Shown here: positions 27,357-36,315 of the stretch, piece after piece
How positions within the stretch are numbered: the stretch's first letter is position 1
Layout: the number at the start of each line of letters is the position of its first letter
Notes under the pieces: model-generated
Told to the model about the DNA's origin: nothing
Database searches by the model: none
Seen by the model: only the letters and a program-made list of their open reading frames with translations
Made by a program: the position numbers and the translations under genes
From: a phage
DNA length: 56,145 bases
Sequence record: PZ386950.1
Reading direction: 5' to 3' (one strand)

Positions 27357-29783
27357 TTACCACGCAGCGACGGCAACGCGCCGCCATGTGTTAGTTGCTG
27401 TGCAAATATAAAGATAAGAGCCATCAGAAGCCCATTGCCCCTCCTGGCCTCCAGACGTTGCTGTTGCTGGGACTGGCACCTTCATGGAAAAAATATACCC
27501 ATCTGTAGCAGAAGCAGGCTCTGAACCTGGTTTATATAGAATCCCTACTGAGCTTTTGAAAAGCCAGCCTTGCCCCCACTGAATTCTACGTCTGTCGTAT
27601 GCTGGCTGTGTCGATGACTTTGTTCCAATAGCAAGATCGCTCTCTATTTTATACGGACCGGAATAGCTGCCAATGTTAATTGCGTTTTTAAGGTCGTGCG
27701 GGCCGATACAAATGCGACCAGAAACGTTGGAAGTCGACGTGTTAACGGAATAAGCAAGTCCGGGAAAGTCTTTAAGGTTTAAGACATCAAGATTGTTGAT
27801 GTTCTGAAAATACAGTGTTGTATCCGTCGAGACGGTTGAATAGTTAACGCCATCAATAATCCGCACGTCGTTGCCGACCGTTACCGCCCACGGGCCTGAT
27901 GCCGACCCCGCAATACTAATACACCGCCCCGCGTTTTTATCGTCGGCTTTGCGGACCGTGGGAATGAGGTCCAGATACTGAGGCCCGGTTACCTGTATGA
28001 AATTTGCGTCTACGGTCATTTTCGACCGGATAGGGTTTCGAATAAAAACACCAAAGTCGCAAGTCATTTCGGCAGTAAAATTAACAAGTTCATACAAACG
28101 GCTATCCGCGCCGCCGTGTGAGTTTGATAACGAACCGCCTTTAATACCATCAAGCCAGATCCCCAGACCGCCACGGTCCTTCCCTGTGCTTATCCCGGAG
28201 AAATGCACATTACGGCCCCAGTTGTAATATGGGGTGAAGAGGAAGTCTACATAGAAGCCGTTAATGGATTGTGACCCTGAAGAGATCCCGTAGTCGGTGG
28301 CGACCACGCCATCAACCGTACACTCGATAGGACTCATCATCTTAAATGCGGCGTTGTCCGTTGTGCCGGTAGCGCCAGACGTTACGATATTGTCAATCGT
28401 CATCCTGCGAGCATAAGTGAAGCTCATCGCGCTCGGAGTGGATGCCGTAACGATACAGTCCCCGAAGTTACCTGCGTAAGAGTAATCGTTAATGCTTCGA
28501 TTAAACCGGCAGCCTTTCACCTGCAGCGACGTTATCGCCCTGAGCTGTAAAACGTCAAAATTCGCATTCAGAATATTAAGTTTATTAAGGAACGCGGCGG
28601 GTACGATAAACGGATCGCCAAAGGCGGTAACCAGAGGGTCCTCTAAAACGAGCTGGGAAGCGCTGGCGGATTTAACCCGGGAATGTTCAAAATAGACGGT
28701 CCCGGAGTTAACGGAGTCTGTTCCGGTAATGTTTTCGAAGCGTACAACGTCACCAGCTGAAAATGCGCTGAAATCGCCGGTGATAGTTGTCGTCCCTACC
28801 GCCAGGGTGCCAGAGTATTTTACAAAAGTAGTTTTACTAATCACAAATTTATCAAAGGCAAAACGTAGCCCATCGGCGATAACCAATTGTGAAGAGTCAG
28901 CTGAAACTACAGTTGAGAAATGTATACCAATCTGATTTATACTACCATTGAATGCGGTATCTGCGGCTAGTTCAATTACAATCTTATCACCGGGACTATA
29001 CGCAGAAAAATTACCAGGAAAAGTTGTAGTACCTACAGCATAAGTTGTATAATCATTAACAGTACCAACAGTTACAGAATTAGTACGAGTTTTTAATATA
29101 TCGCCTTTTATGACAACAAAACCGCTGATAACACCAGGACCAGTTAGGTTAAGACCACCTCTGGAAAATACAAGGCCGTCCCAATTGACGTTAATATCTA
29201 CTACTGCTTGCTTATTGTTATCTATGCAGTAATTTAAAAAAGTGGTCGCTAATGCAGCCTCGTTTCCAGAACCTGTAAAGCCAAAAGATGACGCTGTAAC
29301 AGACGATAACCCGCCAACCATCATAGCACCGTTTACTGATGCCAGTTCCTGGCGTAAATTAGCATCACCAACACTCACCATATGAGTAACATCAGTTGCC
29401 CACGATGTACTATTTGTACCCGTGGTTGTGTATGGTGGAGTTGTGGCCGCGTTTAATCGCCAGAATTCATTCTGATAACGAATAATCTGGTTACGAGCTG
29501 CAATTGTGTATGGTCCGTTTTCATAATCTCCCAGGAACTGATACCCAGAATTTAAAAGGAATTGCTGAAAACGTGCTTCTTTATCAGCCTGAGCATCCTG
29601 AAACTGAGTCTCCATACCATCAAGTGTCAAGTTCGTTACTTGCTCACCGCGAATGGTATCAGTTACAGTTAACGCATGTGCACCGTTAGCATCTTTACTT
29701 TTAGCCACATGTTCTATGTGCTGGACTGCTTGTTTACCTGTTTTAAGGTCGTCAGCACTGATATAATCACTGCAGTTAGCCAT
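27357..29783 (-). CDS. tail fiber / tailspike protein
   Basis: 808-aa ORF; G/T/S/N-rich repetitive central region consistent with beta-helix; encoded opposite to the rest of the tail module. Confidence 0.65.
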   Translation of the reverse strand: MANCSDYISADDLKTGKQAVQHIEHVAKSKDANGAHALTVTDTIRGEQVTNLTLDGMETQFQDAQADKEARFQQFLLNSGYQFLGDYENGPYTIAARNQIIRYQNEFWRLNAATTPPYTTTGTNSTSWATDVTHMVSVGDANLRQELASVNGAMMVGGLSSVTASSFGFTGSGNEAALATTFLNYCIDNNKQAVVDINVNWDGLVFSRGGLNLTGPGVISGFVVIKGDILKTRTNSVTVGTVNDYTTYAVGTTTFPGNFSAYSPGDKIVIELAADTAFNGSINQIGIHFSTVVSADSSQLVIADGLRFAFDKFVISKTTFVKYSGTLAVGTTTITGDFSAFSAGDVVRFENITGTDSVNSGTVYFEHSRVKSASASQLVLEDPLVTAFGDPFIVPAAFLNKLNILNANFDVLQLRAITSLQVKGCRFNRSINDYSYAGNFGDCIVTASTPSAMSFTYARRMTIDNIVTSGATGTTDNAAFKMMSPIECTVDGVVATDYGISSGSQSINGFYVDFLFTPYYNWGRNVHFSGISTGKDRGGLGIWLDGIKGGSLSNSHGGADSRLYELVNFTAEMTCDFGVFIRNPIRSKMTVDANFIQVTGPQYLDLIPTVRKADDKNAGRCISIAGSASGPWAVTVGNDVRIIDGVNYSTVSTDTTLYFQNINNLDVLNLKDFPGLAYSVNTSTSNVSGRICIGPHDLKNAINIGSYSGPYKIESDLAIGTKSSTQPAYDRRRIQWGQGWLFKSSVGILYKPGSEPASATDGYIFSMKVPVPATATSGGQEGQWASDGSYLYICTATNTWRRVAVAAW

Positions 29784-29810
29784 CTTTTAACCCTCGTGGG
29801 AGTGTGAACA

Positions 29811-30134
29811 ATGTCCGATAATCCGGTATTGAAATATTGGCCTATTATAACATTTATTGCAACGGGTGCGGTAGGTTTTGGCGTACTCCAGCAACAGGTT
29901 AACGCAACGGCTAAAGATGTAGCTGACGCAAAAGTAAACGCCACCAACGCCTATAACCTCGCAAAACGTATTGAATCTCGTGTTGATGTACACGATGTAA
30001 AGTTAGAGTATCAGGCTGTTCAAAATACTCAAATCCTTTCCAGCGTCAAAGAACTTACCCAGTCTACTAACGATCTAAAAGTCGTTATTGAAGGTCTTAA
30101 AAATCAACGTCGTACAGAAGGTGAAACAAGATGA
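29811..30134 (+). CDS. holin-like protein (single TM helix plus coiled coil)
   Basis: N-terminal hydrophobic helix WPIITFIATGAVGFGVL; ATGA overlap with endolysin gene. Confidence 0.45.
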   Translation: MSDNPVLKYWPIITFIATGAVGFGVLQQQVNATAKDVADAKVNATNAYNLAKRIESRVDVHDVKLEYQAVQNTQILSSVKELTQSTNDLKVVIEGLKNQRRTEGETR

Positions 30135-30691
30135 GCACAGGCAACGTATCTGTTGATAAAATCATTGATACAACTATTGGTCACGAAGGAGGTTATTCAA
30201 ATAATAGCGCCGATCGTGGTGGTGCAACAATGTGGGGCATTACTGAGACTGTAGCACGTGCACACGGATACAAAGGTGATATGCGTTTATTACCACGGGC
30301 AACCGCTGTAAGCATTTACGAGGCTGATTACTGGTTTAGTCCTCGTTTCGATCTGGTACAACAAGTTTCACCGCTAATTGCCGCTGAACTTTTTGATACT
30401 GGTGTTAACATGGGGCCATCAGTTCCGTGCAAGTTTTTTCAACGGTGGCTGAATGTCTTCAATAATCAGCAAAAACTTTACCCTGATTTGATCGCAGACG
30501 GTCAAATCGGACCGCGAACTATTAATGCTCTTAAACAGTATTTAACCACCCGTGGTAAAGATGCTGAAAAAGTCATGGTGCGTGCGTTGAACTGTTCACA
30601 AGGTAATCGTTATCTGGAACTGTCAGAGGCACGGGAAGCGAATGAAACGTTTACTTATGGTTGGTTACTTAATCGCGTGGGGTCACTCTGA
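30131..30691 (+). CDS. endolysin (GH108-like N-terminal domain with peptidoglycan-binding C-terminal domain)
   Basis: GHEGGYSNNSADRGGATMWGIT matches the GH108 motif E-G-G-Y...D-x-G-G-x-T-x-x-G-I as I recall it. Confidence 0.75.
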   Translation: MSTGNVSVDKIIDTTIGHEGGYSNNSADRGGATMWGITETVARAHGYKGDMRLLPRATAVSIYEADYWFSPRFDLVQQVSPLIAAELFDTGVNMGPSVPCKFFQRWLNVFNNQQKLYPDLIADGQIGPRTINALKQYLTTRGKDAEKVMVRALNCSQGNRYLELSEAREANETFTYGWLLNRVGSL

Positions 30692-30933
30692 TGGATATGT
30701 TCAGCATGTTTCGTAACGCAGCGGGTGGTATCTCGTTAAGCCGTGCGCAGGCTGCGCTGGGGTTCCTTGTGGTAACCGGGATCCTGATTTACCAGGCAGT
30801 CGATCAGACATTAGATAACACGGTTCTGTTAACGTACTTCGGTTTTTGTATCGGTCAGTATGTTGGCGCTAAGAAAATTGCCGTTGATAAGGATATCAAA
30901 GAACAGAAAATTGATGCGGGGTTAAACCCATGA
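30691..30933 (+). CDS. holin (two TM helices)
   Basis: 80 aa with two hydrophobic helices and charged C-terminus. Confidence 0.55.
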   Translation: MDMFSMFRNAAGGISLSRAQAALGFLVVTGILIYQAVDQTLDNTVLLTYFGFCIGQYVGAKKIAVDKDIKEQKIDAGLNP

Positions 30934-31328
30934 CTATTCGTAGCATTGCCATTACAGCGGTCGCACTTTTACTGGCTTTAGCGGCAGGTGGTATAACCTG
31001 TTACAAGGCTGGATATAAAGCGCGATTGAATGAAGAAAAACAGGAAAAGTTAAATGATGCACAACAGGAACAGTTGCGTTTAAAAGCACAGCAACAGTTG
31101 GCAGATAACGTTTTACGTGGTCTTGCTGACTGGTCACAAAATACTAAAATCGTGGAAATTCGTCATGAAAAAACTAATACTGTTTTTCGTAATGAGTGTC
31201 TTACTCCTGAATATCAGCGCCTGTACAACGAACGAGTTACCGAAGCAGAAAGCCGTTTATCAGGCCGCATTAGTTCAGAAGTGTCAGACCGAAAACCTTC
31301 CACGGCTGAACGGTCTGACAGGAAGTGA
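30930..31328 (+). CDS. i-spanin (Rz-like)
   Basis: N-terminal TM helix then coiled coil; contains nested o-spanin ORF. Confidence 0.65.
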   Translation: MTIRSIAITAVALLLALAAGGITCYKAGYKARLNEEKQEKLNDAQQEQLRLKAQQQLADNVLRGLADWSQNTKIVEIRHEKTNTVFRNECLTPEYQRLYNERVTEAESRLSGRISSEVSDRKPSTAERSDRK

Positions 31329-31413
31329 TTCAACAGATGTTAATGACAAGTGGTTAGATATTTATTTCAAATGTGCAACTATTCACAACGCATTAGTAGA
31401 CAGTCTTCAGTAA
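31165..31413 (+). CDS. o-spanin (Rz1-like lipoprotein), overlapping i-spanin in +1 frame
   Basis: MKKLILFFVMSVLLLNISAC lipobox; ORF starts inside the i-spanin gene and extends past its stop. Confidence 0.7.
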   Translation: MKKLILFFVMSVLLLNISACTTNELPKQKAVYQAALVQKCQTENLPRLNGLTGSDSTDVNDKWLDIYFKCATIHNALVDSLQ

Positions 31414-31626
31414 ATCTTCAACCGATACTTCAATCCACGATGCGGGAACCGGATATTCAGTCCGGTACATGAACAAGGATGTTCCTATCAACCCGTGTGG
31501 ATCTGTTTTAATCCCTCGCATGTTCAACAACGGAAAAAACTGTTCGCGTGTTTGTGGCAATCGTGCAAAGCGTCCTGTCGGGCGTTTAGCAGGATCCATA
31601 GGGTTGAATTCAACGATTGTGGACAT
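31393..31626 (-). CDS. hypothetical protein
   Basis: 77-aa ORF at end of minus-strand replication operon. Confidence 0.45.
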   Translation of the reverse strand: MSTIVEFNPMDPAKRPTGRFARLPQTREQFFPLLNMRGIKTDPHGLIGTSLFMYRTEYPVPASWIEVSVEDLLKTVY

Positions 31627-32131
31627 AACAATAACTCCTGTACGCTTGTCGTTTTATTTTCTGATAGTCGGAAACTTTTACAGATCTCGTTTTACATTCA
31701 CCGATATGATGTGGGTCGAAAACAAACATCACCTGTGAACGGTCATTTCCGCCTGCAGGTAACCCGGTGTCAGGATCTACAAACGCTATACGACCTTTAA
31801 ATACCCATAGTTCTGAACAATGTGTCAGTGCTTTATGAAACCAGTCTGCAGACGTCATAGCGTTCACAAGTAATAACGAACCAGTTCCCTGATAAACAGT
31901 GGTTATTATTTTATTAACCCAGGGGGACGGATCGCTGTACGGTGGGTTACACCAGACGAACCCACCACCATTACTTTGAACAATCGAATGCCAGTCTTTA
32001 TTCAGACTATCAGTGATAAACAACGAACATTTAGCGTTAGAACCATCGGTACACACATCAAGAACAAGTGGGAATTCACGAGAAACATTATCAATAAAAT
32101 CCCACGGTGTTTCCCAGTTGTCTTTAGCCAT
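31610..32131 (-). CDS. dam: DNA N6-adenine methyltransferase (phage Dam-like)
   Basis: FVWCNPPY catalytic motif, WETPWDF N-terminus; trimmed to ATG 32131 (MAKDNWETPW). Confidence 0.8.
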   Translation of the reverse strand: MAKDNWETPWDFIDNVSREFPLVLDVCTDGSNAKCSLFITDSLNKDWHSIVQSNGGGFVWCNPPYSDPSPWVNKIITTVYQGTGSLLLVNAMTSADWFHKALTHCSELWVFKGRIAFVDPDTGLPAGGNDRSQVMFVFDPHHIGECKTRSVKVSDYQKIKRQAYRSYCYVHNR

Positions 32132-32477
32132 GTTCCGGTACGCTCTCCACGCTGTAATACACAGGAATACCCAGACGTTCAGCTTCTGCAATTTCCGCAA
32201 TAGTCCCGGACGAACGACGATAATCAGGAAGCACCAGAACAGCGTCACACCGACGCATAACTTCTAATGTGCCTGACAGGTAGTATTCGGGTTGTATATT
32301 GCGTAAACCACCGTCAAAGTCCCACAATTCGGTGTTTTTGTGAGGGATGATCGGGAACCACCCCGGACGTTGTAACGCCAGTCGTTTACCTGCCTGTTCA
32401 GCGCGTGACACGTTACGGGAGGTTTTAAGCGCACAATCAGCACGATAAGGCCCGGCAATGTAACAGAGTTTAATCAT
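32124..32477 (-). CDS. DUF4406-like protein (nucleoside 2-deoxyribosyltransferase-like fold)
   Basis: CYIAGPY...CDAVLVLPDY...GTIAEIAEAERLGIPVYY pattern; trimmed to ATG 32477. Confidence 0.55.
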   Translation of the reverse strand: MIKLCYIAGPYRADCALKTSRNVSRAEQAGKRLALQRPGWFPIIPHKNTELWDFDGGLRNIQPEYYLSGTLEVMRRCDAVLVLPDYRRSSGTIAEIAEAERLGIPVYYSVESVPEHG

Positions 32478-32811
32478 GGTTGTTTTCCTGCATCTGTAAG
32501 AACACAATCATTGCGGCACGGAGTGGGTTAGCGTGAATAACACATGAGTCATCCGCATAAATCATTTCTGTCGCATCACCAGTAATTCCATCAATAGCAG
32601 CATTGTCAGGTAAAGCGATCCATGATGAATCTGTTGAAACAATACTAATTTTATTTTCAATAATAATCGGCATTGCATCGTCTGGTTTATTACAATAATC
32701 GACTACTTGATTCACCAGTTTGAGACGATGTTCATGTGATGGTTCACCGTACAATTTACGACTAACCATTGCGTTGATTGAAATATCACTTAAAACACTG
32801 TAATCAGTCAT
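32470..32811 (-). CDS. hypothetical protein
   Basis: 113-aa ORF. Confidence 0.5.
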   Translation of the reverse strand: MTDYSVLSDISINAMVSRKLYGEPSHEHRLKLVNQVVDYCNKPDDAMPIIIENKISIVSTDSSWIALPDNAAIDGITGDATEMIYADDSCVIHANPLRAAMIVFLQMQENNHD

Positions 32812-33340
32812 GACGATTCATTCCCTCTAACATGTCCCAGATAAGCGCAACACGACGCGGATCCGTGCTGATAGTGTGTAAAGTTTCACATCCGTAATGC
32901 CATCCCCAACGAACGGATAATTCAGACAGCAGATAACCACGGGAATTAGCTAGTTCAGCCAGTTCACCAGGTTTGAACGTCGTTGTATTAGGTTCTGTAA
33001 GAACACGAGTACCACAGATAGCGTCACTGATGCGCCACGGTTTCATCAGGTCATCAACCTTGTACCAGTTACTGATACTGATTTCAGACGTTCCCCAGCG
33101 TGCAGCCAGTTTCAGACGTTCCTGACGGGCCGGGAACATTGGCATCTGTGGTAAACGCAGTTGAATCTGTTCTGCAGGTTCGAACATATCGTCGTCTGTT
33201 AAACGGAATTCACCACGGTCATCAATATAAAAACCACGGGAACGACCGTCGCGGGTGAACCCGTCAACACGGTTATAAATTTTACCGGGAGTAAAGACAC
33301 CAATCGGTGAACCAGCTACGAATTTGTGTGAAGTATGCAT
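32804..33340 (-). CDS. hypothetical protein
   Basis: 178-aa ORF downstream of polymerase gene. Confidence 0.5.
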   Translation of the reverse strand: MHTSHKFVAGSPIGVFTPGKIYNRVDGFTRDGRSRGFYIDDRGEFRLTDDDMFEPAEQIQLRLPQMPMFPARQERLKLAARWGTSEISISNWYKVDDLMKPWRISDAICGTRVLTEPNTTTFKPGELAELANSRGYLLSELSVRWGWHYGCETLHTISTDPRRVALIWDMLEGMNRHD

Positions 33341-33379
33341 TGTTATCGCCTCAATAAGTTTTAAATAATTCTATACGGT

Positions 33380-35236
33380 TTACCGAAGTGGTGCAACGAG
33401 TTTTTCAGCTTCTTTGATGTAAAAATCATAATTGAGTGTTGCCCGGTTAAAACGTTTCATGTCGTTACACTCAGTGGTCAACCAACCTTTACACACTGAC
33501 ATGCGGCGTTCAGGCGCATCAGGGTTCAGTTTCAGTGATTTTGCCAGCGGTGGCATGACTTTTGTTAATGGTGCACCATCTGTGCTGACATAATAACGGG
33601 TAATGTTCTGAACCTGTTTGTCACCCCATAGTAATTTGCTATTACGCGGTACTTTCGTCACCAACATAAAATCGTGAATGTCTTCGTGTGATGTTATAAA
33701 ATCACGAATGTCTTTATTGTGTACCAGTGCTGCTTCAGCCGCTTTTGCAACAACCTGCATACTGTGGTTTTGATGCCAACCCAGATCAACACTGTGGCAA
33801 TAAGCACCTTTACGTTTAACCTTCTTACCACCTTCATAAACAGCGATGTAGTTATTTACATCGCGGATAAACATCACGTCATAAATCGCTTCTTCAAGCT
33901 GGAGTCTGGTTAATTTTTCCCACGCGTGACGAACCTGTTCTACTTGTTCGGTAAACACTCGTGGCACGTAAACCGTAAGACCATCTGTGTTAGCCTGGAT
34001 CATGGACAAACCAGGGATTTTCAGAAGTTCTTCAGCCAACATGCACAAAAGTAACTGTCCATTAATCGTAATAGCCATTGTATAAGCAGGATCGTAGAAC
34101 GGGCTGTATACGTTATTACTGTCGCCATACACACCGTTTAACGCCAGTTTTAACATTGCATTTTCTGGTGTACCTTTCGGGTAACTGGAACGCATGTCAT
34201 AAACATTTTTATAAATGGTGCAAAATTGTTTTCCCAAATGTGCAGGGTAAAGTTCATTACTAATCGCAAGGTTTGGATAAAAACTGGCAACGTCCAGATC
34301 GATGATCACATAATTTTCAGTGGACCTGATAGTTTGAGATTCAATAGACCCGTGGATACCACCCGTACCAAAATCAAACGAGAACCCGTTAATGTCTGCG
34401 CTTAAATCAGTAAACACACCTTTTGTTTCAGTGATGACCTGTTGACGTAACCAGTTAAGAACACGATTAAATTCAGGCTGTTCAAAACGAACATAAGGGA
34501 AAATCACACTGTTCAATGCGATTGATGGTCTGTGCGTCTGCCGTGGTTTTCTGCTACCCGGTTCGAAACATTGAATACCTGATTTTTTAAGTTCCATGAT
34601 GAAATAGTCTTTACCGATTTTCGTGTCGTTATGGTTCATGAAATTACGACCGTATTTAGCAGAAAGTTCACGACGAAAATCGATCAGCTTTTTACTGTGT
34701 TTATAAAACATCAAAGTCGCTTTTAAATCGTGTATCAGATATTGACGAAGCGTATCAATTTGAGAATCGGTTAAATAAGTCCCTGGGGTAAACGGAAGGT
34801 CTTCAATGTTTTCCATTCTCATGTTGAACTCAAGTGTTTTCAGACTTGTTCGTTTTGCCTGGTTGTCGAAATGATGAATTTTATACAAATCAAGTTGGGG
34901 AACTATCCAGTCTTTTTCCCACACCATATGAGCAAAACGATTTTCATCACCAGCGTTAATTATCGAATCACCTTTTTTGTAAATGTCTGCGTTGGTGATA
35001 TACATGATGTTGTTCAAAATAGAATGCTGAACAGGATAGTCGTAACCTAGATTGTTATAACCAACTTCTTCAGCACGATGTTCACGCAAATATTCTGTGA
35101 ACAGGTAAAAAGCCTGACGATCGTCGCGACGATGTGAAATCTCAAAAATATAAGGTGTTTCAGTTAATGCGTGAATAGCACCGAACAGGAAAACATTAGG
35201 ATAATTTTCAATATCGTGAATGTAAGCATCTGACAT
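33380..35236 (-). CDS. family B DNA polymerase (compact, with 3'-5' exonuclease motifs)
   Basis: Exo I HDIEN, Exo II YNNLGYDYP, Exo III YLIHD; polymerase motif A DLDVASFYPN, motif B KLALNGVYG, motif C ANTDG. Confidence 0.75.
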   Translation of the reverse strand: MSDAYIHDIENYPNVFLFGAIHALTETPYIFEISHRRDDRQAFYLFTEYLREHRAEEVGYNNLGYDYPVQHSILNNIMYITNADIYKKGDSIINAGDENRFAHMVWEKDWIVPQLDLYKIHHFDNQAKRTSLKTLEFNMRMENIEDLPFTPGTYLTDSQIDTLRQYLIHDLKATLMFYKHSKKLIDFRRELSAKYGRNFMNHNDTKIGKDYFIMELKKSGIQCFEPGSRKPRQTHRPSIALNSVIFPYVRFEQPEFNRVLNWLRQQVITETKGVFTDLSADINGFSFDFGTGGIHGSIESQTIRSTENYVIIDLDVASFYPNLAISNELYPAHLGKQFCTIYKNVYDMRSSYPKGTPENAMLKLALNGVYGDSNNVYSPFYDPAYTMAITINGQLLLCMLAEELLKIPGLSMIQANTDGLTVYVPRVFTEQVEQVRHAWEKLTRLQLEEAIYDVMFIRDVNNYIAVYEGGKKVKRKGAYCHSVDLGWHQNHSMQVVAKAAEAALVHNKDIRDFITSHEDIHDFMLVTKVPRNSKLLWGDKQVQNITRYYVSTDGAPLTKVMPPLAKSLKLNPDAPERRMSVCKGWLTTECNDMKRFNRATLNYDFYIKEAEKLVAPLR

Positions 35237-35316
35237 AATAAAACCCTGATAAATAAATGGGGCACTATGGCCCCATGTCTGTTTAAAGCGGTATGTTGTC
35301 CCAGTTCCAGTAACTA

Positions 35317-36300
35317 TCAGTAACCGTTACCGTTGAGAAAATTCGGGGCCGGGGTGGTCATTACCATATAACCGTTAGCGATCAGTTGTTCATCATTCCA
35401 ACCTTGCGCAATAAACTGTTCGTAAGTAGCACCACCTGCTTTTTCAGTCATTACCTTCACAGGCGTTGCTACAGGTGCTGCCGCTGGTGTAGGCGTTGCT
35501 ACAGGTGCTGCCGCTGCTACAGGCGCTGCTACAGGTGCTGCCGCTGGTGTAGGCGCTGCTACAGGTGCTGCCGCTGGTGTAGGCGCTGCTACAGGTGCTG
35601 CCGCTGGTGTAGGCGCTGCTACAGGTGCTGCCGCTGGTGTAGGCGCTGCTACAGGTGCTGCCGCTGGTGTAGGCGCTGCTACAGGTGCTGCCGCTGGTGT
35701 TACGCCGATCGGACGTGCACCTTCAGGCATTGCAGGAGCAGCACCGAACACAGATGCAGGAGCCGGACCAGAAATAATTTCTTCACCTGCATAAAGCAAT
35801 TGCGCCATTTCCATGTTGATATACACACCGGCCTGGTTACCTGTACGACCGTTTGCAACAGATGATCCGCTGATACGGTAGTAATAACCTTTTTTCGCCA
35901 GATTTTTATCAATAACTGGCTGGTACGCTGCGTTATAAACCGGACACGCGTCAATAGCCACGTTGCGTGAGAAACCAATTACCCAGTGACCAGCATAACC
36001 AGTTTTACTCGCATGTTTCGGATCGTCACCGTTAATAATTTTCCATGCGAAAGTGGGTTGTTGTGGTTCGCCGTTCACATAGTGTGAGTTAGCCGCTCGC
36101 ATGATGGCCTGGAACACCGCACCCAGTTCACCTTGTTCTTCCCACCAGTTCGCCGCTGTTTTAGGAAACGCCAGACCAACCCACCAGTTATGTTTTTCAG
36201 GTGCTAACGGTTTATTTTCGTGGTCATGGGTGTTGATATCGAAAAAAGAACCGCCAACCAGACGACCAACCGGAGTTACAAAAGATTCTTTCTGTGCCAT
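35317..36300 (-). CDS. putative ssDNA-binding protein (DUF2815/gp2.5-like) with P/A-rich repeat linker
   Basis: position between DUF2800 nuclease and polymerase genes; strong RBS AAGAAGG; long PTPAAAPVAA repeats; C-terminal conserved module. Confidence 0.45.
   Translation of the reverse strand: MAQKESFVTPVGRLVGGSFFDINTHDHENKPLAPEKHNWWVGLAFPKTAANWWEEQGELGAVFQAIMRAANSHYVNGEPQQPTFAWKIINGDDPKHASKTGYAGHWVIGFSRNVAIDACPVYNAAYQPVIDKNLAKKGYYYRISGSSVANGRTGNQAGVYINMEMAQLLYAGEEIISGPAPASVFGAAPAMPEGARPIGVTPAAAPVAAPTPAAAPVAAPTPAAAPVAAPTPAAAPVAAPTPAAAPVAAPTPAAAPVAAPVAAAAPVATPTPAAAPVATPVKVMTEKAGGATYEQFIAQGWNDEQLIANGYMVMTTPAPNFLNGNGY
35461..35700 (-). repeat. 30-bp coding tandem repeat (about 8 copies)
   Basis: aggcgYtgctacaggtgctgccgctggtgt repeated nearly perfectly. 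Confidence 0.9.
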
Positions 36301-36315
36301 GTTATTAACCTTCTT

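Noticed and set aside
35461-35700. Regular 30-bp repeats that could be mistaken for a CRISPR array
   Set aside because: The repeats are contiguous with no spacers, lie in frame inside a gene and encode a Pro/Ala-rich linker.
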